From positions 248,001 to 312,000 of the forward strand of contig CBFDEM010000013.1 in the NCBI GenBank assembly GCA_965603825.1: a stretch of 64,000 nucleotides of DNA, in the 5' to 3' direction. Source of the stretch: Blepharisma stoltei ATCC 30299 (lineage: Eukaryota > Protista > Ciliophora). The notes beneath the pieces were generated by a model. It saw nothing but the letters and a program-made list of their open reading frames with translations. It was not told the origin of the DNA and searched no databases. The translations under genes were made by a program, and so were the position numbers. Of this stretch, positions 13,865-27,751 are shown piece after piece (position 1 is the stretch's first letter; every line of letters begins with the position of its first letter).

Positions 13865-14926
13865 TTATACAGGCTTATTGAAGTACTCTTCCCCTGTGTC
13901 ATTATGTGAACTCCTATTATAAGCTTCATTTAGCAGTGTATTTACCCCTTTTTCGTCAATTTCTCTCTTTTCTGCTGCCTTGGCCAATTTTTGCCAGTTT
14001 AGCTTTTCTTTTCCTTTTTGGAGAGTCTTCACAAAAAGTCGCCAATTTTTTGGAGAACTTTGATAAGGCTTCAGAGGTGTCAAAATATTCACAACATCAT
14101 CGCATGATAATAATTTTTCTTGCAATCTATCAAGAATTTCAATTACTAGCTTGTAAAAGAACGTTCATTTTAACTCAAAAAATTTTCCAAAAATCCAGTG
14201 TGATTCTTCAATAGGGACGAGACTGGTAAAAAGAGTAAAACATCAATCAGTTGCAAACATTTGAACTGATACTCCATTCTGAACAAAATGGCTATATAAG
14301 TTTGGAAGCTGTTCAATCATTAAGAAATCCAAAATATGACAATGCTTTGCAAGCCCTGGAAATCCAGTCAAAAAGCTTTCCCTTAAATCATAATCTTCAG
14401 TCAGCCCTACAAAGAGCCAGAATGCATCGATTTCATTTGAGTGCCAAAGAAGCGTCGCAGCGATGAAATTCATTCCTTGAACATAACCAATTGTTTGGTT
14501 GTATTTTGAAAACGCAGTTAGAAGCCTTTTTAGCACAACTTTCCCATCTCCTCCAGTAAAATACTCATTCTCAGGAAAGGTTCTATTGGCATCTAACTCA
14601 ATTTGTCGAACTGATGAGTTTAGGCTGGGTGTTTCGAGTGAAATCTGGATCAACGTCGTATAAAGTTCTTTTCCGTTTTCAGGCATATTAAGGTGCTGAG
14701 TCCATTGTTTAGCAAATGGACACGAATCAACAATATCGGGATTGTAAGAGGATGAATTCAATTTTTTCTTAGAAAAAGTTTTCTGGCTAGCTTTGCAAGA
14801 GCATTGAGGATAATGAACCGGCTTTAAGTGGTCTGGCTCAGGAAAAGAAAACGTTGAATATTTGCTGAGAGTGTAGTCAGACTTTATGCCACTATAAGAT
14901 GAAAGCTCAATATCTGGGTGGTCCAT
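13865..14926 (-). CDS. TBC-domain Rab GTPase-activating protein, 353 aa, 2 TGA=Trp
   Basis: QIELDANRTFP (Arg finger), IGYVQGMNFIA (Gln finger), MFATD-W(TGA)-CFTLF. Confidence 0.93.
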
Positions 14927-15322
14927 AATTTATTTAGATTTCGCATGCAATGGTTTAAATTAATTTCCTTTAAATTTAAAAATTATTATCAAAGCAAGAT
15001 TCTACATCATTGGAATGACGGCTCTGCTTATTTTATTGTCATTTACAATAAATAATATTAAAAATTCAAATTTGATATGTTAAAAATCTTTGCATCAAAA
15101 CAAAATTAAAAGAGCTCTGGAAAAAACAAAGCTAAGCTTACCTTAAAGATATAGGCTTTGTAGCAGCTTTTCCTGCTGAGCCAATTTGAATTTTCACTTA
15201 TCATAATCCCGTCCATTTTGATTATAATTATTAGTCATATGCCCGTTTTTTCTTATCAGGCATTTATTTAATTCTCTATCTTATAAATACAATTTCTATT
15301 AAAAACCAATAAATATCATTAA

Positions 15323-16411
15323 TTATTTCTTTATTTTCTTTGTAGAACCCCTTAGTGCTGATAGCGACAAAACTCCTCCAACTTCATGTCTTTTTCTCTT
15401 CAGATCAGTCATAGCTTTTCTTTTAGCTGCCAGCCTTGCACTTCTCCTCAAATAAGCTCCTTTTTCTAATTCTTTCTTATCTGTCTGAATTGCTATTGAT
15501 TTTCTTTCAATTTTTGGGGTAGAGCAGTCTCAAACTTGGCTTCCATCATCTGAGCATGCTTGTGTATTACTTTCCAGTATCATTAAATCTTCAGCAACTG
15601 CTGATTTAATAGCAAAATCTGATTCTTCAGTCAAAACAAAGTGATCAGAATACTCTTCTTCATGCCTTTGCTTTTTGACTGAGTCTATCTTTAATTTCAC
15701 TTCAGTTCAAGTCAAATCAGGGCACTCTTCCCCTGATTCTTGAATTTTCACCCTTCTTGCAGATCTTTTAATTTGTTCATCTAAACTCATTCCTGAGTAT
15801 TCTATATTTCTAAATAAAGGGTCTTCAGATTTCAAAGGTGTATGGTTAATGCTCTCCTCAGCATTAATATTATCCTTATTTTCAGACTCTTGCTGAGAAA
15901 AATCCTTATTATGATTCCATACAATAGATCCAGGTGGGTGATTAGGAGGTGTAGGTGGCAATTCATATTCTTCGATAGGAAATTCCTGCATCTCTTTTGG
16001 CTCCAAACTTTCTAAAATTTGATCTATTGTGTAGGTATCCATGTTTTGGCGGCACAATTCATTTTGGCCAATAATTTGATTTGGGGAAGCTGAAGTAAGG
16101 CTTTTTGGGGAATCGACTTCTAGCACAGGTGACATTAAAGATCCTAAAACTTCTTCTTGTTGCGAAGTATGCTCATCAAAATCAATTGTTATTTTATTTT
16201 TTAAAAAATTGTCTGCACTAGAAGACCTTCGAAAACTTTTCAGGGTTGTTTGGATATACCCAGGAGAGCCTTGTAGATGGCTTGCTCGTTTAGTTTTTGG
16301 GGCTTTTTTCGCCTTTTTTGCCATAATGGAGATGCTGATTTTGTTCTTTTTGATAAAATCAACTTTTACAGTGTTTCCTTGGGATAAGCTGCGCAATTTC
16401 TTTGTATTCAT
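15323..16411 (-). CDS. Hypothetical low-complexity protein, 362 aa, 2 TGA=Trp
   Basis: Track ORF extends through TGA 15707 to TAA at 15323; C-terminal LRRSARLAAKK basic motif. Confidence 0.75.
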
Positions 16412-16504
16412 AATTAATTAACTGAAAAATTAAATTTGTACGATTTAAAATACAAAGGACTTATTTAATAGGCAAGAATACTATAACGGAACAAAGGATA
16501 TCAG

Positions 16505-18175
<1,671 letters not shown>

Positions 18176-18208
18176 TCCAATGATATTTTAAGTAAGTAAG
18201 AATAATAA

Positions 18209-20356
18209 ATGTCCAAGAAGAACTTTACTAAGCTTCTTTTCGAGTCTCCTTCAGTTCTAAATGGTGAAGAAAAAGAATTAACAAGAAACGATTTTGACTT
18301 TGAGCGCAGGCTTGGAGAAGGAGCTTTTGGTCAGGTCTGAAGAGTTCGGCATAAACTGACCTCAAAGCAGTATGCGCTAAAACAAGTTCTTAAAGAAAAG
18401 GTAACTAAAATGATACCGCAGTTTAGAAGAGAGGTCTTAATTATGTATGAACTAAATCATCCTCATATAATAAAGCTTTACAATCATTTTGAGGATGAGA
18501 AATCTTTTTATCTTATAATGGAAATGGCTGAAGGTGGAAACTTATTCCATAGGCTTTATAGAGAAAGAACCTTTTTAGAGCCAGTTGCTGCTCAATATTT
18601 TAGAGAAATTATTTTAGCCGTTGAATATTTGCATTCTCATGTCCCAGCAATTATACATAGAGATATAAAACCTGAAAATATTTTGTTAGATAAAGATGGA
18701 CGTCTAAAGTTAACTGATTTTGGATGGTCTAATTATTATTCTGCTGAAAGCGGAGCACCAAGATATACTACTTGTGGGACATTAGAATATTTACCACCTG
18801 AAATCGTTTCAGAAACTGGCCATAGTACAGCTGCTGATATATGGTGTATGGGGATTTTGCTATATGAAATGCTCACTGGAGGTACTCCCTTTAAATCTGG
18901 AAAAAGAGATAATATGTTAGCCAGCATTGTGCAAGCTAAAGCAAAATATCCTATGAATATGTCTCCATTGGCTAAAGATTTAATATCGCATTGCTTAGAA
19001 AGAGACCCATCAAGAAGGCCAACTGCAACTGAATGTAAAGAGCATAGATGGCTATTAGAGCACCCTCCTATACGAGAAACTATTACCCAAGATGCTATTC
19101 CAAAGGTTTTACCTGAAAATATTGATGCCCCAAAAATCACTTGCGGCTATGAAGTTATAAATAAGCAAGAAGATACAAAAGAAGCCAAAGAAGAAATTTC
19201 AGAGCCTGATAAACCAATTCCTGATTCTTCATATAAGAAAAGTATTCATATGCTGAAAGACAATATCTCAAATAAAGCTGAAGACCTTCAAAAAACAAAA
19301 TCAATTTTAAATAAGCAAATTCAAGAAATAGCACAAGCTAATACAAGAATCAAAGAATTAGAAGATAAGATACAAGAAGGGAAAAATGAATTTTCAAGGC
19401 TTGTGGTTTCAGAAAAAGAATGCCTACTTAAAATATCTGATTTAAATTTGGATCTTGAGAAATATGCAAGCTCAACAGATATGACGAGCTTAGTTGAGCA
19501 AGTAAATAGCAAAAATAAAGAATTTATAGAAAAAGCACAGCAGGTTAAGCTATTCCAAAAAACATTAGAAAATACTAGAGAAAGTGTGAAAACAAAAACT
19601 ATTGAAGTTAGTGAGAAAGAAAAAGAGCTACGTGCATGTGAGAGTTATCTTAAGAAAATCAAGGAGGATTCAAGTGTCTGCAAAATAGAAAAACATTCAG
19701 AGATTTCTAGTTTAGTGACTAACGCAGAAGTTCTTAGATCACAAGTTGAAAGAAAATATCAATCTCTGCATAGCCTTGGCAAAGAAGAAAGCTTAATTGC
19801 AAGAGATTTAATGAATTATGTACAAGAAAAACTGGATGACCTTAATGGCACTTCTAAACATGCTATTGACAAAAAGTTGAGTGAAATTATGGAAGAAGTT
19901 TTAGAAAAGGAACAAATGCTATTAGAAGCCAAGCTTGAATATGATGACAAAAAAGCTAAAATAATTCAAAGCATCAGAAATAATAAAGAAAACCTTATTA
20001 AAGCCGCTAAACAAAATACAGAAAAAGCAATAAAGTCAAAAGCAGAAAAATCTGAAATTTTAAGAGAAAAAATAAAAGAAAAATTAAACGAAGCTAGAAT
20101 TTCTGAGCTGAAATTTTATATAGAGCCTATACAGATTGATCACGAAAAAGAAAAAATAAGGGTATTTATTATGTAGAGCATGAAAAGAGCGCTGAAAAAG
20201 CTCAATAAGTCAATGGAATCAATAACTGAAGAAAGAAAAATGCTGAAAGAAGTGACTGAAAAGAAAAGAGCTGAAGTAGAAGACATTGAAATGGAAATAG
20301 GAAAAGCAAAGGTAGCGCTTTTAGATAAAGGCTTATTTTTATTGATGAAAAAATAA
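18209..20356 (+). CDS. Aurora-like Ser/Thr kinase with long C-terminal coiled coil, 710 aa, one intron (20162-20176)
   Basis: ATG 18209, LGEGAFGQV-W(TGA), HRDIKPEN, DFGWS, TCGTLEYLPPE; splicing gtatttattatgtag extends the frame to TAA at 20354-20356. Confidence 0.92.
20162..20176 (+). other. 15-nt spliceosomal intron
   Basis: gtatttattatgtag; contains the apparent TAG, and the downstream frame stays open for 59 coiled-coil-like codons. Confidence 0.88.
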
Positions 20357-20402
20357 TTGATATCAGCTTAAAATAATAGAAAATTTAGAAATAATTTAAT
20401 AA

Positions 20403-20939
20403 ATGTCATATATAATAGACGTCAACTTAAAAGAGAACCATCCAGCTATCCTTCGAAGAGATATAGCAAAAGATAAAAAAGCAATGATTGAGGCCTGCAG
20501 TGACAAAAATATTATAAAATTTCTTTCTAAATCTTTTGCAAATAAAAGCAAAAAAATAGAAAATAAAGAAGAAATTGATGACAGTGATGAAGATATTTTT
20601 CAAAATGCAGTGTATGATGGTGAAATCAATGATGAAGTTAGTATGATTGGAGAAAGAGATCCAGAAGAAGTAATCAAAGAATTGAGGTCAAAAGAGATTG
20701 AAAATTTTGATACAATTAAAGATGATAAAAATAAACTTATATTCAGCCCTGTAATGATATTTGATAGACAAAATGAAATTAAGCTTGCCCAAAAACAATA
20801 CGAAGAAGAAAAGAAAAAAATACCTTTCAAAAGGCCAAATCCTTATAATCCAAATTATTCTAGAGCATCAAACGACTTCAAAACTCCTCAAAATATCAAA
20901 GAAGACAGAATAAGTAAAAAACCAAAATTGAAAGAATAA
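20403..20939 (+). CDS. Hypothetical protein, 178 aa
   Basis: Intact ATG-TAA ORF bounded by AT-rich spacers. Confidence 0.75.
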   Translation: MSYIIDVNLKENHPAILRRDIAKDKKAMIEACSDKNIIKFLSKSFANKSKKIENKEEIDDSDEDIFQNAVYDGEINDEVSMIGERDPEEVIKELRSKEIENFDTIKDDKNKLIFSPVMIFDRQNEIKLAQKQYEEEKKKIPFKRPNPYNPNYSRASNDFKTPQNIKEDRISKKPKLKE

Positions 20940-21116
20940 AAAATTTTTAATTATTGCAGTCATAAAATACTTACTTAATTCATAATATAACTAAATTATA
21001 TTAATTGATTCTGAATTAAAAGTTCTAAATGCATTAATAAATAGCATTTGCATGAGTTTGACAAGAGTTACATGATAGTTGCCTAATATAAAATATTCAT
21101 TTTGGTTGATATAATA

Positions 21117-21485
21117 ATGTCTGAAGAATCTATATCAAAATTCACAGAAAGGATAACTGAAGGCATAAACACGCTAAAAACTGAGATGAGAGAACTTCGA
21201 AAAAGTATCCAGGGGTTTGATTACGAATTAAACGTAATCTCTTCAAAAGATATTGATATAGCATTTCTTCCAAATATACCAAATCAAATGGCTAAAGAGA
21301 TCGAAACAGATTTTTCTTACCAAAATCAGCGACAAGAAGGAGTTTTTGAGTTTCTTAAAAAGCAAATCAAAACTATGACATTAGAAAATTCTGAGCTAGA
21401 GCAAAAATGTGCAAGCATGAACTCACAGCTCGATATCTTAAAAGAAAAAATCGGGAAAAAGAGATTAAATAGTTTTGCATCATAA
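21117..21485 (+). CDS. Small coiled-coil protein, 122 aa
   Basis: First ATG at 21117; heptad-like pattern. Confidence 0.7.
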   Translation: MSEESISKFTERITEGINTLKTEMRELRKSIQGFDYELNVISSKDIDIAFLPNIPNQMAKEIETDFSYQNQRQEGVFEFLKKQIKTMTLENSELEQKCASMNSQLDILKEKIGKKRLNSFAS

Positions 21486-21515
21486 TTTTTTATATAACCA
21501 TAATTTATAATAATT

Positions 21516-22172
21516 ATGAGCACCCAACAATTTTTAGAGTTTTGCATCACAGGAGATGTCAACTCAATAAAGCAGCTCAAATCTTCCAATGACCCACGAA
21601 ATTTTATATACGCTTGCGATCCTCAAGGCCATAATGGTTTACATCTTGCCGTTCTTAATGGTCACTGAAGCCTAGCAATGCATTTACTTCGTGATCTTCA
21701 TATTTCACCTCACAAGCTAACAGAAGATGGTGAAAGTATTTTTCATTCCATTGCAAGAGGCCTAAAAGTGAGAGAAGCAACTGATCAAGATTTCGCTGAG
21801 GTCAGAGAGCTAAACTTGAAATATTGGCAGGAAGAAAAAGAAAGAGGTCTTAAAAAAATTGAGGAGAGAAAAGCCGCGCATCCTGATCTAAAAGCACCTG
21901 AAAATTTAGTCTTAAAAAATGTTGAAAAAGAAGACGAAAACTTGTTTGGGAACCCAAATTTGACTGTTGCTAAATATATTTTGAGGAAATATCATGTTGT
22001 GCTAAAGCATAATAACTCGATGGGGCATTCACCTGCAGATCTTGCCGAAAGTCTTCAGATTCAGGACTTAGCAGAATATTATAGGCTGGAGCTGACTCCA
22101 CACATGATAAGAAGAAGACTCATTGCTGGACTTAATGAAAACTTGTTCAGAGAAATTGTGCTTTGCCTTTAA
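21516..22172 (+). CDS. Ankyrin-repeat protein, 218 aa, 1 TGA=Trp
   Basis: DPQGHNGLHLAVLNGH-W(TGA)-SLA, DGESIFH, NSMGHSPADLA; ATG 21516 is in frame with the track ORF. Confidence 0.8.
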
Positions 22173-22326
22173 ATATAATAAAATTACTAATAAAACTTAT
22201 TTGTGCGTATAAAAGTATTCCAGATAATCAGCAATATGGCTGAATATTTTGAAATTTATGTGAAGTTATATTAATAGTCATAAGATTAATAATAATTTCT
22301 GAAAAAAGAAGTTTGCCGTTATAATA

Positions 22327-24219
22327 ATGGAAAGGACTCAAGAAGAAGGAGGACCTAGGACCAAATTATCAAAACAAAGCCGTATTATTTGCAATATCGC
22401 TTTCACTAAATATGAAATTGTGAAGCACGTTGCAGGAACCTTATTTAAATGGGGTTTATCTAATGATAAACTTGATGAAAATTGAGATATTATGTGAACA
22501 GATTCTGCAGTCCCACCTGATAAATTGTCAAATATGAAGCAATATCAAAAAATTAATCATTTTCCTGGCATGTACAATGTATCAAGAAAAAATTATCTTG
22601 CATATAACTTAATGAAATTGAAAAAACTCTTCCCAGACGAGTATGATTTTTTCCCTAGAACATGGGTGGTTCCTTGTGATATGGGAGATTTAAAAGCATA
22701 TATGCAGCTAAAGAAAAATTCGTATTTTATTGTAAAGCCAGAAGCTTCTTGCCAAGGTCGAGGAATTTTTCTAACAAAAAGATTTGACGAAATCGACTCT
22801 TCTGAAAAGCATGTCGTTCAAGAATATATAGAAAAGCCTTTTCTTATAGATGGACTTAAATTTGATTTAAGAATCTATGTATTAGTTACTGGTTGTGAAC
22901 CTCTTAGGATTTTTATCCATGATCAAGGTTTAACACGTTTCGCAACAGAAGAATACAAAAAGCCAAATGAAGGAAATTTTGAAGACATGTGCATGCATTT
23001 GACGAATTACGCAATTAATAAAAATAACCCAAATTTTATACACAATGAAAACTCTGAAGAAGACGACATCGGCCATAAAAGAAGTCTTCAGTCGACTTTC
23101 GACTATTTAGAAGAAAACGGTTACGATGTAGTAAAACTAAAATCAAAAATTGATGATATGATAATAAAAACGCTATGTTCGGTGCAGCCAAATTTAAGAC
23201 ATCATTACCATTCTTGTCAGCCTGATGATTATTCTAATAGTATGTGTTTTGAACTTCTAGGATTTGATGTAATTTTGGACCATAAATTGAACCCATATGT
23301 TCTTGAGGTAAACCATACGCCTTCATTTTCAACTGATTCTCCTTTAGATTGAAAAACCAAAGAAATCGTAATAAGCGAAGCTTTAGTACTTATGAATATT
23401 TCCAGCAAAAATCGAAGAATTTATATAAAAAAGCAAAAACAAGAATTAAATAAAAGAGCGCTAACAGGAAAAATTGAAAGGGACAGCAAATCTGTGAGAG
23501 AAGAGAAAAGGGTTAAGTTTATAATAAGAAGAGATAAATGAGAAGAAAAACATCGTGGAGGATACAGAAAAGTCTACCCAGTTAATGACGAAAAGTATGA
23601 AAAAATGATAAAGGCAGCTGATGAGATTTACCAAGAATGAACAGGGACTAAAATAACAAGAATAAAAAAAGCTGAAGAAGAAAAAATTCCAATCATTAAA
23701 AAACCTCCAAAAATTGAAAATAAATTGCCATTAAATAAGATAGAAAACAGTATCCCAAAAAGATGCCCAACAGCTACTCTTCGAGATATGGAAAGCCCAT
23801 CAACTGTTTCTCTACTAGAAATCGAGAAGAAAAATCCTTTAGAAGTCTTCGAAAGGTTAAGCAAAGTTCCAATAAGAAAGCCAACCCTCCCTTCATCATA
23901 TCAAAATATCCCAGGAATAGTATACCATGATGACCGTCGATCTCATTATTTATATGGAAATAAATATTGCTTGACATTCCACCACAATACCCCTGAGCAC
24001 AATTTAAAATTTTCTGAAAAAAATGCAGAATCACAAAGCGAAGCCAAAGGAAAAGTTTCACTAATAAAAGCAACACCAGAATTATTAAGAAGAAACAGCA
24101 CAAAAAACACACTTGCAAGTTTCTTGAAATCTACAAGTGGAAAACAATTAATTACGTCCAAAGCGCTCGCTTTTGGGCACAGTGGAGCTAAAGAAATATT
24201 AAAAAAATGGAATTTGTAA
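22327..24219 (+). CDS. Tubulin polyglutamylase, TTLL6/TTLL13-like, 630 aa, 5 TGA=Trp
   Basis: N-W-DIM-W-TD (both TGA), YQKINHFPGM, IVKPEASCQGRGI, KFDLRIYVLV, MHLTNYAINK, CFELLGFD, LEVNHTPSF, GGYRKVYP. Confidence 0.93.
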
Positions 24220-24253
24220 TAACTTGTAATAATCTTTTAATTAACCTGAATTA

Positions 24254-27200
24254 CTATTTTCTACGGGCTGCTTTAACCACTCTTCTTATTTCTGTATTTT
24301 CCCCTGGCAGGTCGTTAATCTGTATACGCTTTGATTGGACAATTTCTACAAGCTGCTGCCCTCTTACAGGACTGAGATTTCTTGTTAGATTTACCATGAA
24401 ATCTTTATTAGTAGCATGTAGCTGGCTAACCATGGTTCTAAAAACATTATATTCATCAACAACAAATATAGGACTGAATAAATTCACTAAAATTGAATTC
24501 GCTTCTTTTTCTTCCCTTTCGCCAGGGGCATCTTCTCCACTGCCTCCATAAATCAGCTTTGTTCCCTTCACAAAGATTTCAGAATCAAAGCTATCTTCAT
24601 CAGAGTCAAATAAATTTTCCATAAGCATGTCAATTGGACTTTTCTGTTTAGTCTCCTCTTCTGTAGGCTTTTTGTAACTGAGAATTACTATGACTGTGTC
24701 AAAGATCTTGTCAATTAATTCATAAATGTCATTATTCATCTGTGGCATCATAAATAAATGGCACAGGCCAATAACTGCGACTCTTTTGTCGTATTGGTGT
24801 GTGAATTGATTAGCCATTTTTATGATTTCAAGGAGGGAAAAGCGGAGATAGGAAATTCCTTCAGCTGTCTGGGTAGCGGAAAGAATGTTGGCAGTTAGAG
24901 TAGCGTTGTAAGTAAATGAGGATAGAATGGTGTCAAGAAGGCGGACTTTGAAGAAATTATTTGTGGTACTTTGGGCATAGCGCATAAACGTGTCAGTTAG
25001 GATTTTATCCATATATTGATCTAATTGTCCAGGGAATGTTTGGAATAGTAAATGGTATAAAATTGCTCCCTCGCAGTTCAGACCTTCTCTAATACGGCCT
25101 TTTGGCTGCGCAAATAATGCTTTTCCTGCCATTTCTACCACTTGGGCCATTCTTTGAGGTGAAGTTGCGAAACTGTCTTTTCCGAATCTGAGATATGTAT
25201 TAAGCAGTTTAAAAACAATTTGCAAGGTATTTTCTTGCTTAGCCTGAAGTACTGGCAAATGATTAAAGATTTCCCATTGAAGCGCTGATATAGACTTCGC
25301 TTTTTTTTGTATCAATTGGATAATGCTAATTATGTCATCGAAAAAGGAAACTTGATCGGGATACTGTATATAATTAATAATTGGTAATAAAAGTTTTTCA
25401 AGTTCTTCAAGATCGGCTCCTGATACTGAGATTGAATTTATTAGTGATCTTATAATATTCCATGACTTGATCACTATAATTGAATCTTTTTTATTATTAG
25501 CAATCTGGCACTGAACTTCACTTTGAATTTTTCCTACTAAGGCTATCATTAATGGTACAACTTTTCTGTCAAGTGACTCTCCGAAATTTTGGACTATTTC
25601 AACTAGAGCTTCATAAAACGATTTTTCTTTTTGGTTTGGAATTGCTTCTATAACTTTATCAACAACTTCACCCATAAATGGTTCAAGTCTAAACATAAGT
25701 TCATCTTCTTGCATTATATAAGAGAAAGTATCACAAGCTTGTATACATACAGCTCTAGACGACTGCTGTAAAATACAGTCCAAAATATAAAGCATCCATC
25801 TTTTGAAATACTCTAACTTGTCTTGGAAAATATGCTCAGAAAAGCAGTATAAAAATTGGCAAACTCTTTGGTGAATAATCATAGATGAGCTTGTAGAAAA
25901 GAAAGCTGTCATTATTTTTTCTAACAAGTTATTGATACCATTAAGAAGATCAGACCTTCGGGATATCCCAAATGATAAAATACTGAGCATCATAAAAGCT
26001 GTAGCTACTTTATTTTCGTTATCTGAAGCCATGAAGACAGTGTTTGCAAGCTCCTTGATTAAAGGGTATTCTTTATTAATTTCAGGATTTATAATGGATT
26101 CTATCAACTCAAAAGCAAAATATGCAGAAAATGGCAATGCTCCATCAATGTTATCACACATAGTTTCCAGAAGCTGGGCTGATACAGTTTTTACCGTCTC
26201 AGATTCTTGCCGTTCACATATATCTTGGCAAATGTTGACAAACTCATCAGGCTGTGTATCAAATAATTCTTTATCGCTTTCATTAAGCCTTAAAAACTGC
26301 AAAATTATATCAGTAATAATTTGCTTATAAAATTGCCCAAAGATCCCGTAAAATCTTGACTCTGAGCTGCATTTGTGAAGCAAATTTAATGTTTCTATAA
26401 CAATTTCAGATAGCCAGCTTTGTATGATGAACTGGTCAACGTCTGGATGAACACATATAGCTAATAAAGAAATAATCAGAGGCTCTAGGACAGCATTAAC
26501 AGAGTCAACAAATGGGGAATCTGGAATAGCAGCGCCTATAGTGGAGATGACCTTTGCCCCCATCTCTTCATAGATTTTCTTTTTACAGTCCATAAAGTAC
26601 TGTATCACAATATTCAAGCATTTAATTATATTTGCCTTTATTTGGTTCATTAAATTTGTCACTGTCCCACTTGATAAGTTTATAACAGCGTTTACATTAG
26701 GAAGCCTGAAATCAGGTATCCTAATATTTATTGTGTTTGTAAAGATGGATGCTATTTCTGTGTGTTCCACAAATTCTTTGATTCCTTTATTGGAAACCAC
26801 TTCAAAATGTTCAAGAATTTGTCTGAGAGATAATGACCACTCTTCGAATATATAAAGAATTTCTATTGCTAAAGCTTCATTTGAGGATTGCAAAGCTGCT
26901 CCAAGCTGAAAAAAGACTTTATTGCCAACGTCTATCATATGTGGAAGGAGTATTTTAGAATAATCCCCAGCATTGAATTGTGATGGCATGCAGCTGAAAA
27001 TCGTTTTTATTACTGACAAGCTGCCGAAGACTTGATGGGCTTCTCCTTTTAGACCTACAATTGCTAAGGCTGCTAAGCGATTGCAGCATAATCCCATGGC
27101 ATCATCAGATATTAAAGGGTTGAGGGCATAATTTGTGATTCCTCTTATAGATCTATCGATGTTTGGGCTTATAATGGTCTGGAAAATCATTTCTGCTAGG

Positions 27201-27457
27201 TACATGCGGTCTTCAGCTGCAAGCTTACTTGACTCAATGCATTCTCTCATAAAATTGCGGAGTCTGGTTCCTGCAGATTGCTTAAGTTGATGAGGAGAGT
27301 CTTGAGAGGATATGACGGTCAAGAGAAATTGAAAGAAGCCTTTGGTATCTTGGCTGAGGATACGGAGTTCTTCTTCTGCTTGCTTTCGTTCAGTGTCACT
27401 GATGGAAGAATAAGTTTGTGTTAAGAGCTGAGCAGCTCTGCCAAAGGCTTCAGACAT
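24254..27457 (-). CDS. Importin-beta family karyopherin (importin-7/8, Nmd5/Sxm1-like), 1067 aa
   Basis: RKQAEEEL and LKQSAGTRLRN (IBN_N-like), DKELFDTQPDEFV, YDKRVAVIGL, and an acidic loop near the C-terminus. Confidence 0.8.
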   Translation of the reverse strand: MSEAFGRAAQLLTQTYSSISDTERKQAEEELRILSQDTKGFFQFLLTVISSQDSPHQLKQSAGTRLRNFMRECIESSKLAAEDRMYLAEMIFQTIISPNIDRSIRGITNYALNPLISDDAMGLCCNRLAALAIVGLKGEAHQVFGSLSVIKTIFSCMPSQFNAGDYSKILLPHMIDVGNKVFFQLGAALQSSNEALAIEILYIFEEWSLSLRQILEHFEVVSNKGIKEFVEHTEIASIFTNTINIRIPDFRLPNVNAVINLSSGTVTNLMNQIKANIIKCLNIVIQYFMDCKKKIYEEMGAKVISTIGAAIPDSPFVDSVNAVLEPLIISLLAICVHPDVDQFIIQSWLSEIVIETLNLLHKCSSESRFYGIFGQFYKQIITDIILQFLRLNESDKELFDTQPDEFVNICQDICERQESETVKTVSAQLLETMCDNIDGALPFSAYFAFELIESIINPEINKEYPLIKELANTVFMASDNENKVATAFMMLSILSFGISRRSDLLNGINNLLEKIMTAFFSTSSSMIIHQRVCQFLYCFSEHIFQDKLEYFKRWMLYILDCILQQSSRAVCIQACDTFSYIMQEDELMFRLEPFMGEVVDKVIEAIPNQKEKSFYEALVEIVQNFGESLDRKVVPLMIALVGKIQSEVQCQIANNKKDSIIVIKSWNIIRSLINSISVSGADLEELEKLLLPIINYIQYPDQVSFFDDIISIIQLIQKKAKSISALQWEIFNHLPVLQAKQENTLQIVFKLLNTYLRFGKDSFATSPQRMAQVVEMAGKALFAQPKGRIREGLNCEGAILYHLLFQTFPGQLDQYMDKILTDTFMRYAQSTTNNFFKVRLLDTILSSFTYNATLTANILSATQTAEGISYLRFSLLEIIKMANQFTHQYDKRVAVIGLCHLFMMPQMNNDIYELIDKIFDTVIVILSYKKPTEEETKQKSPIDMLMENLFDSDEDSFDSEIFVKGTKLIYGGSGEDAPGEREEKEANSILVNLFSPIFVVDEYNVFRTMVSQLHATNKDFMVNLTRNLSPVRGQQLVEIVQSKRIQINDLPGENTEIRRVVKAARRK

Positions 27458-27751
27458 TTATTATAAGATTAACAATAAATTTAATAAGTAATGCTATATG
27501 GAATTAATTATAATTATTTTGATATTTTCTCTAATGAAAATTTAATTCATTAGTTTGCAAATTTACAATCTATAAATAATAAATAATAGCAAGATATAAA
27601 ATTTTGATTTTGATGGCTATTTGATATATGTGAAAATTCTATATAAAATTTAACTATATTTCACATGAAAAAAACAATTTTTAAATTTAAAGAAGGTATT
27701 TAATTCTAAACTTGCACTTCTTTTGAAAAAAATCAAATTTATAATTTCAAA

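Noticed and set aside
15143-15238. 31-codon minus-strand ORF MTNNYNQNGRDYDKWKFKLAQQEKLLQSLYL in a 400-nt spacer
   Set aside because: Too short, no recognisable motif, and a competing frame of similar length exists; needs expression data.
24254-27457. Avoidance of TGA-Trp in housekeeping genes (importin, NDUFA9-like and VAMP7 use only TGG)
   Set aside because: Counts are small, and mitochondrial Hsp70 encodes its only Trp with TGA; a genome-wide test is needed.
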